A stretch of DNA of 64,000 nt, from the NCBI GenBank assembly GCA_965222885.1, contig OZ244973.1, positions 1,398,172 through 1,462,171 on the forward strand, given 5' to 3'. Below are positions 1-8,510 of the stretch, one piece after another. A program made the translations under genes and the position numbers. The stretch is from Terriglobia bacterium (GTDB taxonomy: Bacteria; Acidobacteriota; Terriglobia; UBA7540; JAPUME01). How positions within the stretch are numbered: the first letter of the stretch is position 1; every line of letters starts with the position of its first letter. The notes under the pieces were generated by a model that saw only the letters and a list, made by a program, of their open reading frames with translations, was not told the DNA's origin and searched no databases.

Positions 1-825
1 CCGCAGGCGATGCAGATAATCCTCCCCGGCAACCAGATAGAGGTCATCGTGGCCGGCGCCCTCGACCGGAAAGAAGAATTTCGGCCCACGGGCGGCTTCA
101 TAAAGCCGAGGCGCCATGGCAAAGGGAACCACCGCGTCCTCGGTTCCGTGTATCACCAGCACCGGCGCGATGACGCGGCGCAGCTTCTCCAGGGAATCAA
201 ATCGTGTCTTGGGGAAATATTCGAGGAAGGGAATGCGAAATATCCTGCGGGCCATTTCACGGCCCCGGGTGAAGGTGCCGGAGAGAATCAACCCTCCGCA
301 AGGTTTCCGTGCCGCCAGGTCCACCGCCACGGATCCTCCCAGAGAGTGCCCGTGGATGAAGATTCGGCCCGGCTCCAATCCTTGGTCCTCGATCAGATAC
401 CGGTAGGCCGCATCGGCATCGCGGTAAACACCCTCCTCATCGGGGGAGCCTTCGCTGTTGCCATAACCTCGGTAATCGATCGCCAGCATATTGGTTCCGA
501 GCAGGGAGAGAATCTGCAGGTGACCGAGCCGGTCCGTCAGGTTGCCCGCGTTTCCGTGCAAAAACAGAATCGCGGCCGGACTCTCGGGCGCAGAGCGAAA
601 CCAACCGTGGATGCGCACCTCGTCGGTGGTCTTGAGAAAGACGTCTTCCCAATTCAACCCGTAATGGGAGAGTCCGTCGAAATCAGCCGGGAACGGCGTG
701 GGGAAATAAACCAGACGGTTCTCGAACAGGCGTACCAGTAGACCGCTCAAAAGAAACCCGCCCAGGATAGCCAGAATGATCGACATAAGACGTCGAAGGG
801 GGGAGGGTTTTCCGGCTGTCTTCAT
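1..825 (-). CDS. alpha/beta hydrolase (BEM46/ABHD13-like), C-terminus runs off the window start
   Basis: Own minus-strand translation; absent from the ORF track because it is open at the edge. Sequence MKTAGKPSPLRRLMSIILAILGGFLL... has an N-terminal TM anchor, FLHGNAGN, the nucleophile elbow GHSLGG and IHGTEDAVVP. RBS GGAGGGAAG precedes the ATG at 825. 825 nt is exactly 275 codons with no stop. Confidence 0.7.
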   Translation of the reverse strand, partial: MKTAGKPSPLRRLMSIILAILGGFLLSGLLVRLFENRLVYFPTPFPADFDGLSHYGLNWEDVFLKTTDEVRIHGWFRSAPESPAAILFLHGNAGNLTDRLGHLQILSLLGTNMLAIDYRGYGNSEGSPDEEGVYRDADAAYRYLIEDQGLEPGRIFIHGHSLGGSVAVDLAARKPCGGLILSGTFTRGREMARRIFRIPFLEYFPKTRFDSLEKLRRVIAPVLVIHGTEDAVVPFAMAPRLYEAARGPKFFFPVEGAGHDDLYLVAGEDYLHRLR

Positions 826-829
826 CTTC

Positions 830-848
830 CCTCCGTCGCCGAACCCGG
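830..848 (-). repeat. 19-nt leader motif CCGGGTTCGGCGACGGAGG (minus strand), copy 1, directly upstream of the hydrolase ATG
   Basis: Plus-strand cctccgtcgccgaacccgg is identical to 1405-1423. It contains the RBS. Confidence 0.85.
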
Positions 849-887
849 CACCATCAGGCGCATTTTAGCACAGACCCCGGACTGGAC

Positions 888-1400
888 TCACGCTGGCGCG
901 GCGACTTCCCAAGCGGCCATCGGCTTTGCGTAGATAGTGGTCACCGCCATAAACAGGGTGAGGCGGCTCCGAACGAATCGCTCCCCGACCTTGCCGGCAG
1001 CGAAGCCGGGCAGTATTGCGCCGATCACGCCGCCGCTGACGCTCAGGTTCTTGAACAGATCCACGACCGAAGGCGACCCCTGCTGGTCTAGCGACTCCCG
1101 GCTGATGGTGGCGACCGAGTTCGGCGTGTCGATGGGCGTTTCCCGGATCACGGTGCCGGTCACTTCTATTTTGGTGTAAACGATGTTGCTCTCATCGGTC
1201 AACGCAACCTCGGTTTCGTCACCCTCTTCCGCCGCCGCTTCCTGTTTTTCCTCTTCTTTCTGCGGATTGGGTTCGTCAGCCTCCTGAACCGGCGGAGACT
1301 CGTCCTGATCAGCCGCCCCGGGGCTCGCGGCGAGAATGGGGACCCCCGCGAGCCATAAGAAGAGAAAGACCACCAAAGTCTGAGGAAGTAAGTGGGTCAT
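888..1400 (-). CDS. truncated TonB-dependent receptor N-terminal (plug) stub, possible pseudogene
   Basis: ATG at 1400 after RBS GGAGGAAAC. Signal peptide MTHLLPQTLVVFLFLWLAGVPILAA, then an acidic PEEK-rich linker, then plug-like TPIDTPNSVATISRESLDQQGSPSVVDLFKNLSVSGGV. The ORF stops after about 170 aa with no beta-barrel. Confidence 0.45.
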   Translation of the reverse strand: MTHLLPQTLVVFLFLWLAGVPILAASPGAADQDESPPVQEADEPNPQKEEEKQEAAAEEGDETEVALTDESNIVYTKIEVTGTVIRETPIDTPNSVATISRESLDQQGSPSVVDLFKNLSVSGGVIGAILPGFAAGKVGERFVRSRLTLFMAVTTIYAKPMAAWEVAAPA

Positions 1401-1404
1401 GTTT

Positions 1405-1423
1405 CCTCCGTCGCCGAACCCGG
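1405..1423 (-). repeat. 19-nt leader motif, copy 2, directly upstream of the TonB-receptor stub ATG
   Basis: Identical 19-mer to 830-848, at the same offset from the start codon. Confidence 0.85.
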
Positions 1424-1570
1424 AGATACGCCGCATCCTATACATAACATACATACATAACAATTCTTGCCAGGTTCTTACGGTTCCCTGAGTATTTTCC
1501 ATCACCTGGAGTCACTGAATAGACCCGGCGGATTTGTGCGGCGCTGTCGGAAGATGTGCCGGAACGGCTG

Positions 1571-2545
1571 CTAAGACGCGTCTTTCGGGACGAAGGCGAT
1601 GGCCCGAGTCGGGCCGCCGCTCTGGTCGGCTACCTTGATGGGCAAGGCGATATAGAATGCCCCCTCGGCCGGCAGCCGGTCGAGCCGAGTGAGCATTTCT
1701 TCCCAGCTCATGCCGTGTTTCAAGCCCGCGACGTGAACGGGCTGGCCACCCTCGGCGGGTCCCATGCTGGGCCCGTCCGTGCCCAAATGAACCACGCCTT
1801 TGCCGTGGAGGTAATCCATGACGGCGTGCTCGGGTGCCGGCCAGCCGGGAGCGCTCTTGAACACCACCGGGTCGAGGGTCATGCGATTCCCCTCGGGGAA
1901 GGGTTTATAGTAGCGGTCCGAATAGCCGCTGTGGAACAGAACGACTTCACCGGCCCGGATCGGTCGATGTTTCTGTTCCCACTCTTGGATATGGCCCACA
2001 CGGATGAGGGGGCTTTTACCCGGAGGAGCCGCGTCGAGCAGGGACGTCGCGTCGATCACGACCGCCCACCCCATGAGTTTGTCGAGCGGATATTTTTCGC
2101 CCGTCAGCCGGCCTATCTCCCCGGCGAACGGAAGGTTACTGCCGGGCGGAGGAATAAAGTGTGCCGGGAAGTCCACCTGGGTTCCCGTGTGTTCGTCGAT
2201 CACGTACCGCTGTCCATAATAGGGAGCTTCACTCGGTATCAGGATTCTTCCTTGGGAATCGTAAATCGGCTCGAACCAGTTGTAGATCCAACGCTGGAAA
2301 GGAGGGTAGCCCGCCCAGTGAGCGGGAAGATCCTCGCGGACGGTCAGCGTCAGATCGACGATGTCGCTGCCGGCCACGAAATCCGGCCATACCGCCTCCG
2401 GGCGGGCCTGTACGGTCCCTGGGATGCCCAGGCCCGAGGAAGGCGCGTTCATCCGCCCCGCCCAATACGCAACCCCGATGACGATCATCAGCAATGCCGA
2501 CTTCATGCCTCGATCAAGTAAGTGCCTCTTCCTGTTTTTCGCCAT
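1571..2545 (-). CDS. cyclase family protein (kynurenine formamidase-like, PF04199-type)
   Basis: 324-aa ORF. The IDEHTGTQVDFPAHF motif matches the HxGTHxDxPxH cyclase signature. N-terminal hydrophobic anchor MKSALLMIVIGVAYW. Confidence 0.7.
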   Translation of the reverse strand: MAKNRKRHLLDRGMKSALLMIVIGVAYWAGRMNAPSSGLGIPGTVQARPEAVWPDFVAGSDIVDLTLTVREDLPAHWAGYPPFQRWIYNWFEPIYDSQGRILIPSEAPYYGQRYVIDEHTGTQVDFPAHFIPPPGSNLPFAGEIGRLTGEKYPLDKLMGWAVVIDATSLLDAAPPGKSPLIRVGHIQEWEQKHRPIRAGEVVLFHSGYSDRYYKPFPEGNRMTLDPVVFKSAPGWPAPEHAVMDYLHGKGVVHLGTDGPSMGPAEGGQPVHVAGLKHGMSWEEMLTRLDRLPAEGAFYIALPIKVADQSGGPTRAIAFVPKDAS

Positions 2546-2603
2546 CGGAGTCCTCCTGCTGCCCGTAGGTGTGAGCCGGTCCGGGCAGGGTGGGGGTTGT
2601 CGA

Positions 2604-3089
2604 TCAGTTCAAGGGTTTCCTTGCGGGGAGACCCAAAGCTAAAGGTTCTACGACCTCAATCCGATAACCGTCGGGGTCTTTGAAAGAGAAGCTGCGCTTT
2701 CCTTCCGCATGGTCATCGGGTGGGAAAGGAATATCGAGGCCTCGAGCCTTAAGGTTCCGATAAGCCTTTTCCGCCGACCGGGTAAACAGAACCACGGTGA
2801 TCGGGGAGGGAGTCTGGGACGCGGTCAGGCGTTCCGGGCCCAGCCAAAGGAGTCCACCCTGGAACCCCGCCCTATGGCCGGGCTCCTCGACGGTAAGAGG
2901 CAGCTCGAGGCTGTCCCGGTAAAATAGCTTGGAAGTTTCAAGGTCGCGCACAGCCAGGTGTAAACCGCCCATGTGCAGGGAGCCGTTGTGGAGCTTGGGG
3001 GTGGGGTGTGTTTGCGGTAGGGAAAGTCCGGCTGCCGCAAAGAGCAGGGCCGATAGTCCCGCCCATGTTCGAAACCGAAAATTCTTCAT
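2604..3089 (-). CDS. secreted VOC/glyoxalase-family protein
   Basis: 161-aa ORF with a signal peptide. LHLAVRDLETSKLFYRDSLELP and FKDPDGYRIEV are typical of glyoxalase/bleomycin-resistance fold proteins. Confidence 0.6.
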   Translation of the reverse strand: MKNFRFRTWAGLSALLFAAAGLSLPQTHPTPKLHNGSLHMGGLHLAVRDLETSKLFYRDSLELPLTVEEPGHRAGFQGGLLWLGPERLTASQTPSPITVVLFTRSAEKAYRNLKARGLDIPFPPDDHAEGKRSFSFKDPDGYRIEVVEPLALGLPARKPLN

Positions 3090-3192
3090 AAAGCCTCCTT
3101 GCGGTTGACTGGCTTGGGATGGTTCCGGGTCCTGAATCCAATCGGTGCAAATGGGTTCCTGATTCGGGTACTGGGTTCGAGGAAGTATATTC

Positions 3193-3936
3193 TCAACGAT
3201 TGATCATGCTGGCCAGGCACCCGGCTCCGAAGCCGTTGTCGATGTTGACCACGGCCACGTTGGGTGAGCAGCTATTCAACATGGCCAACAGAGCCGACAG
3301 ACCCTGGAAGCTGGAGCCGTAACCGACGCTGGTCGGCACAGCGATCACCGGCACGCCCACCAGTCCTCCCACCACGCTCGCCAGCGCGCCCTCCATACCG
3401 GCCACGCAAATAATGACGCGGGCACTCTGAAGCTGTTTGACTTGATCCAGCAGGCGGTGGAGTCCCGCGACGCCCACGTCGTAAACCGCCTGCACCTGAT
3501 TGCCCAGGATCCCGGCGGTTACCAGAGCTTCCTCGGCCACCGGGATGTCTGCGGTTCCCGCCGAGACCACCAGGATGGTGCCTTTCCCTTGCATCTTGTC
3601 GGCTCGCTGGATGGTAATCGCCCCGGAAAGTTGGTGAAATTCGGCGCTGGGAGCCAGCTTGTGGATGAGTTGGTAGAGCTCGATCGTGCCGCGAGTAATC
3701 AGGATATTGTGCCGCTTGGCAAGCATCCTTTGCACGATGGTCACGATCTGTTCGGGGGCTTTGCCGGGAGCGAAGATGACCTCGGGATAGCCCTGGCGGA
3801 GCTCGCGATGATGGTCGATCTTGACGAAGCCCAGGTCCTCGAAAGGGAGGTTCCGCAGGCGTTCGAGAGCCACAGGGACGCTCAGGCGGCCGTCACGTAC
3901 CTGCTGGAGCAATTTGGAGAGGCTGTCTCGCGTCAA
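3193..3936 (-). CDS. larB: nickel-pincer cofactor biosynthesis protein LarB (PurE-like AIR carboxylase domain)
   Basis: 247 aa. N-terminal LPFEDLGFVKIDHHRELRQGYPEVIFAPGK, then the PurE-like ILVVSAGTADIPVAEEA ... AGMEGALASVVGGLV. Confidence 0.8.
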   Translation of the reverse strand: MTRDSLSKLLQQVRDGRLSVPVALERLRNLPFEDLGFVKIDHHRELRQGYPEVIFAPGKAPEQIVTIVQRMLAKRHNILITRGTIELYQLIHKLAPSAEFHQLSGAITIQRADKMQGKGTILVVSAGTADIPVAEEALVTAGILGNQVQAVYDVGVAGLHRLLDQVKQLQSARVIICVAGMEGALASVVGGLVGVPVIAVPTSVGYGSSFQGLSALLAMLNSCSPNVAVVNIDNGFGAGCLASMINR

Positions 3937-4329
3937 GAAATTCCCTCTTTGCGAACCCTTCCGTGTCGGGCTGCTGAACTATGCTATCAGTCAAAGGGGG
4001 CATTGCACAACGCGGGAATTGCTCGGAAGCCGGAGCACCCTGCCGTGGGGGGTATCGGCTGGGGGTCTCCATTTACCGTCTTGCTTCGATGATTATGGTT
4101 GCCATCCGCTCGGCCCGTGTGATGAGGGTGCGGAACGGATTGACGCCGAAGGCTCGGGGGTGATAGCGCCGTCGGCCACAAACACAATAAGGTTTGGATG
4201 CCCAAACACCGCATCGACCACGCCGGTTGCGGCGTCTCACCCTCGCGCGGCCAACTGGAAGTGGGAAGATGACTCTCTTCCCGCCGAACACATTAGAATA
4301 CCGCACTCTCATCTATTGTTTTGCAATAC

Positions 4330-4358
4330 TTGATGTTCTGTCAAGTTAAGTATATAAT
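4330..4358 (+). promoter_or_regulatory. sigma70-like promoter (TTGATG - 17 nt - TATAAT)
   Basis: -35 TTGATG at 4330-4335, 17-nt spacer, perfect -10 TATAAT at 4353-4358, inside a local AT-rich patch. It faces the small ORF and the transglycosylase gene. Confidence 0.35.
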
Positions 4359-4479
4359 TCCCCAAGTAAACACCGAGAGTGGTCTTGAGAATCACAGGGC
4401 TTTTGCCATAAAGTAAACCCAGGAGGAATTGGGAGTCAGGGGTTCAACCCGGTCCCTGAAAATCCCTGAAGAAAAGGCC

Positions 4480-4635
4480 ATGAATCAAGGTAAGCATCCC
4501 GAACCCCGCTCCTGCCTTGCCGTCTGTCCGGTCTGCGGCTCCAACTGCAAAAAGCCCTACCATAGTGAAAGCGTCCGGCATGAATGCCCCAATGGGCATT
4601 CCTCGGAGTCGAAGACGGCCAAAGCGAAGGAGTAA
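4480..4635 (+). CDS. hypothetical small zinc-ribbon-like protein (51 aa)
   Basis: MNQGKHPEPRSCLAVCPVCGSNCKKPYHSESVRHECPNGH... has a CPxCG ... CPNGH pattern. It lies downstream of the promoter at 4330-4358. The start is uncertain; the track uses TTG at 4429, right after AGGAGGAA. Confidence 0.3.
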   Translation: MNQGKHPEPRSCLAVCPVCGSNCKKPYHSESVRHECPNGHSSESKTAKAKE

Positions 4636-4862
4636 GCCGGCCAGAAGACAGAAGAGTGGTTTGCTGGGAAATTACAGAAATAGACCCGGATTCGCAACTT
4701 GGGAAAGGCCCGGTGGATGTCCTGCCCGGGAGGTGTCGGATGCTTTTTGCTTGGCGTTGGAAGCACCTGGCGGTTGACCGGGTTCGAGAGGCCAAGTAAA
4801 ATCAGAGGGTGTGTGGGGGCAAGCTTTGCGAAGCCTCCGCGCAGGGTCAGAAAGGAGTTGGA

Positions 4863-7205
4863 TTGGGAAAACATCGACTTGGCGCGTGTGTGGCGGGAGC
4901 CATTTTTATCTTCAATTGCCAGGGGACGCATAATAAGAGACTTCCCGTCCAGGCTACCCCGCAGGCATCCACTCGGGCAACGACTCCTCTTCCGTTATCT
5001 CCTCTTCGTCCGAACCTTGTTCCCCCCAGCGTGGAATACGGGGGAGACCTTCTGCTCTCTGAGGTGGAGGCCCTATATCAGAAAGGTTTGGATCTTTACC
5101 GCCAGGGCGGGTTCGTGGCGGCGCGAGAGGTCTTCGACCAGGCTCTTACACGCCTCCTGGAGTTTCCCCGGGGGGACGTGTCGGACCCCCGTATGGCGGA
5201 AACTTTCAATCGGTTGGTGGAGGATATTCATGCGCTGGAGCTGACCGCCTTTGAAAACGGCGATGGCATGGCGATGCAGAAATACGAGGCTGCGCCCATC
5301 GAGGAATTTGCCGAACAGACCTTCCAGGTGGACCCGGCTTTGAAACAACAGATCGACCAACGGGTCCGGGGGATCCAATCGGACCTGCCGATGTTCTCGA
5401 ATGAAACGGTCGATGGCCTGGTCACCTATTTTCAAGGTGACGGCCGGCCCTTTATTGAGAAGGTCCTCAGACGCATAGGCCGATATCGATCCACGATCTC
5501 GCCTATCCTCCGCAAACATGGTCTTCCCCAGGATTTGATCTACCTGGCCGCGGCTGAAAGCGGGTTTAATCCGTTCGCACTGTCCCGAGCGGGGGCCAAA
5601 GGGCTGTGGCAATTTATGCGTTATGAGGGGAAGAAATACGGTTGTCGAATTGATTCCTGGGTGGATGAGCGTGAAGACCCGGTAAAGGCCACCGAAGCGG
5701 CAGCCAGCTATTTGAAGGAACTGTATCAGGAGTTCGGCGACTGGCTGTTGGCGATGGCATCCTATAACGGCGGAAGAGGCCGGGTTGGAAGGGCCATCGA
5801 GAGAACCGGATACGCCGATTTTTGGGAGCTCCATAAGCGGCGTGTTCTGCCCCGCGAGACCCGGAATTACGTCCCCATTATTTTGGCAACCGTGCTCATT
5901 GCCAAGGAACCTTGGATCTACGGATTCCACGTGGTTCCGGATGATCCCTTGGCACATGACCAGGTGGTTGTGGGAGCCCCCGTTGACCTTCGGTTGGTAG
6001 CTCAAATTACCGACCACCCGGTTAAAGAGTTAATCGAAATCAACCCGGGCTTGTTGCGTTGGGCTACGCCCCTGAATACCCCTGAATTCGTCCTAAAACT
6101 GCCTCTCGGCACAGGCGAGAAATTTCTCCAGGAAGTGGAAAAAATACCCCCCAAAAATCGTCTATGGTGGAGAATCCATACTATAAAATCGCAAGATTCT
6201 TTGCCTAAAGTGGCCAAAAAGTACAAGATTTCGGCATTGAAGCTGGCCCAGGCGAACCACCTCGCGATGGACGCCCCCTTGGAGGTGGGGGCCAAACTGG
6301 TCCTTCCCTTGTCTCCCGGCCAGGAGGTAGCGCTGCGTCATGGTCGATCCCGGCAGATGCGGTATCGAATCCGAAGGGGTGATACGCTGGGCGGAATTGC
6401 CCGCCGGTTCAGGATCAGCGTCCGTCAAATTCAACGATGGAATGGCATCCGAGGCTCGCGGATCATAGCCGGCAAGACTTTGCGCTTGTACGTGCCCTAT
6501 GTGGGCGGACGAAGTTCCTCCCGGGGACGACGGTCTTCGGCCGGGCGCTCCTCGACCGGATCAAGCCGCTTGGTAAAGTACCGCATCCGCAACGGCGATT
6601 CGCTGAGTTCCATCGCGCAGCGTTATAAGGTGAAGGTGAGCCAAATCCGGCGCTGGAACCGAATACGGGGATCACACATCAGGGCGGGACGCACCTTACG
6701 TCTGTATGTCGGGTCCTCCTCGAAGGCGATGAAATCCGCCGGTAGTGTTGTAGCCCCTTCTCGGTCAGGGTCTAGCCGAACCGCTCAGGGCGGACAGTAT
6801 AAGGTCCGGCAGGGAGATACCTTGTCGGCGATTGCCAGACGCTTTAATGTAACGATGGGTGAGATCCGGCGGTGGAACGGAATGCGCAGTTCACGTATCC
6901 TGGCCGGCCAATTTTTGCGTGTGAGCCCGTCAACCGGACAGGTGGAGAGTGCCCCTCGAAAGGCTGCCCGGCCTGATCCCAAGGCTCAGGCGCGGGGCCA
7001 GGTTTTCCGCTACCGTGTTCGCAGAGGTGACACACTGTGGGAGATTGCACAACGCTTTCAGGTGACCCCGCAGGAAATCCGGCGCTGGAACAAGATTCCG
7101 CGCTCACGGACACGGATTGTCGCCGGGCAGACTCTGCGCTTGTACGTGCCCTCCTCTCGGTCGGCAAGCCCGCCAGACCGCAAGCAAGGGACGGGTTCGG
7201 AGTAG
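4863..7205 (+). CDS. MltD-like membrane-bound lytic transglycosylase lipoprotein with five LysM domains
   Basis: SLT core AAAESGFNPFALSRAGAKGLWQFM ... AMASYNGGRGRV. Five LysM modules (Y[RK][IV]R.GD[ST]L..IA.R[FY]...). Likely TTG start at 4863 after AAGGAG, giving the lipoprotein signal MGKHRLGACVAGAIFIFNC. The track ORF starts at 4809. Confidence 0.85.
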   Translation: MGKHRLGACVAGAIFIFNCQGTHNKRLPVQATPQASTRATTPLPLSPLRPNLVPPSVEYGGDLLLSEVEALYQKGLDLYRQGGFVAAREVFDQALTRLLEFPRGDVSDPRMAETFNRLVEDIHALELTAFENGDGMAMQKYEAAPIEEFAEQTFQVDPALKQQIDQRVRGIQSDLPMFSNETVDGLVTYFQGDGRPFIEKVLRRIGRYRSTISPILRKHGLPQDLIYLAAAESGFNPFALSRAGAKGLWQFMRYEGKKYGCRIDSWVDEREDPVKATEAAASYLKELYQEFGDWLLAMASYNGGRGRVGRAIERTGYADFWELHKRRVLPRETRNYVPIILATVLIAKEPWIYGFHVVPDDPLAHDQVVVGAPVDLRLVAQITDHPVKELIEINPGLLRWATPLNTPEFVLKLPLGTGEKFLQEVEKIPPKNRLWWRIHTIKSQDSLPKVAKKYKISALKLAQANHLAMDAPLEVGAKLVLPLSPGQEVALRHGRSRQMRYRIRRGDTLGGIARRFRISVRQIQRWNGIRGSRIIAGKTLRLYVPYVGGRSSSRGRRSSAGRSSTGSSRLVKYRIRNGDSLSSIAQRYKVKVSQIRRWNRIRGSHIRAGRTLRLYVGSSSKAMKSAGSVVAPSRSGSSRTAQGGQYKVRQGDTLSAIARRFNVTMGEIRRWNGMRSSRILAGQFLRVSPSTGQVESAPRKAARPDPKAQARGQVFRYRVRRGDTLWEIAQRFQVTPQEIRRWNKIPRSRTRIVAGQTLRLYVPSSRSASPPDRKQGTGSE

Positions 7206-7372
7206 GTGGGTCATGCTTGCCGAGGTCCTGGAAGCAGGTCGGTTCATCTTGGCACCCAAGACCGCCTTGGTATAGCGTCCCTCCTCGGTTCCAGTCCAAG
7301 GGCGGCGAGCCGAGAACTGGACCTTGGATCGGAGCCACCCCGGAGACTTCGGGGAGATTTAAGGAGGATTCC

Positions 7373-7717
7373 ATGGGCTTCCGAGGTCGCAGTAATGTGG
7401 GCCCCGGTGGGGAGATGGATGAATGTGGGGATGATCTTTCTTCGGATTACCCGGAAGAGGACCCCGACAGCGAGCCCCCTGAACAAGAGGAAGAGGTTTA
7501 TTATCGGGGAGATGAGCCTGGGGTAAGCCCCGTGTCGCAACCACGGCGGCGCGCCAGCCCCCAGCGTGTGCTGGCGAAAGCGGCACGAAAATCAAAAGTC
7601 AAAAAACGCCCCCCAAGACGGGCTAAGCCTAAGAAAGAAAAGGCCGAAAAGAAACCAACCGTAAAAAGGCCGGCCGAGGAGGCCAAAAAGAAAGCGGCTC
7701 CGAAACGGTCCCAGTGA
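7373..7717 (+). CDS. hypothetical bipolar-charged protein (acidic N-half, Lys/Pro-rich basic C-half)
   Basis: ATG at 7373, 4 nt after AAGGAGGA. MGFRGRSNVGPGGEMDECGDDLSSDYPEEDPDSEPPEQEEE ... KSKVKKRPPRRAKPKKEKAEKKPTVKRPAEEAKKKAAPKRSQ. Confidence 0.4.
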   Translation: MGFRGRSNVGPGGEMDECGDDLSSDYPEEDPDSEPPEQEEEVYYRGDEPGVSPVSQPRRRASPQRVLAKAARKSKVKKRPPRRAKPKKEKAEKKPTVKRPAEEAKKKAAPKRSQ

Positions 7718-7783
7718 AAGAGAGCGAAAGCGAAGAAGAGAGCACGGTGACGCTAAGGTGCTGAATGAGGGGAACCGGTATTC

Positions 7784-8401
7784 TTAGGCCTCATTTTTAG
7801 GGTTTCGGCCTTCCGAATGGCTCAGGACGTATTGGACGGCCTCGTAGAGGTCCTGGACCCAGATTTCCGGTTGCAAGCCCCCGACGAACTCCTTTGGCCC
7901 GTCCCGGCCCCGGACTAGAATCACAGGACACCCGATGGCCCTCCCGGCCTGCCAATCGACCTCTGAGTCGCCGATCAGAAAGGTGCGCTCGAAGTGGAAG
8001 CCGTACTTCTTCTGGGCTTCCAGCAGAAGACCCGGTCTGGGCTTCCGGCACTCGCAACCGTCTTCCGGGCGGTGAATGCAATAATAGACCTCCTCGATTT
8101 TCCCGCCGTGACGCTCTATTTCCTTGCGAAATCTCGCGGTGATCCGGTCCAGCCTTTTCTGAGAAAGATGGCCGCGCCCTACGCCGGACTGATTGGAGAC
8201 GACTACCGTCTTGTATTGGCGCTCCCGCAAAGCGCGGAGTGCTTCGAGGGCTCGGGGCAGAAATTGGAAATCTTCCCAGCGGGTCACCCATCCGTTCGCC
8301 AATCGGTTGATGACGCCGTCGCGGTCCACTAGAACGAACCTTTGCAGGGGGGAAATGCTGGAGTTCAAGGGTTCTGTTTTTCGCCGGGGGTGCATCTCCA
8401 C
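7784..8401 (-). CDS. gmhB: D-glycero-D-manno-heptose 1,7-bisphosphate phosphatase (HAD-IIIA)
   Basis: VLVDRDGVIN (DxDG motif I), VVVSNQSG (motif II), Zn-loop YYCIHRPEDGCECRKPRPG, FLIGDSEVD (motif IV). Confidence 0.7.
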   Translation of the reverse strand: MEMHPRRKTEPLNSSISPLQRFVLVDRDGVINRLANGWVTRWEDFQFLPRALEALRALRERQYKTVVVSNQSGVGRGHLSQKRLDRITARFRKEIERHGGKIEEVYYCIHRPEDGCECRKPRPGLLLEAQKKYGFHFERTFLIGDSEVDWQAGRAIGCPVILVRGRDGPKEFVGGLQPEIWVQDLYEAVQYVLSHSEGRNPKNEA

Positions 8402-8510
8402 CGGGAAGGTGGTAAGGAGAAGCAGTCGTTGGCCCTTACCAAGAGTGATTCGCGGCGGAGATCTCGGTTTCCAGTTTCTTCCTCCCCATCCCGCGGTTGC
8501 GAATTGCCGG

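Noticed and set aside
4063-4075. The 13-mer GGGTCTCCATTTA is shared with the tRNA-like fragment region (31985-31997).
   Set aside because: Dozens of 13-mer coincidences are expected within a 64-kb window. No extension of the match on either side, and no tRNA-like features at 4000-4080.
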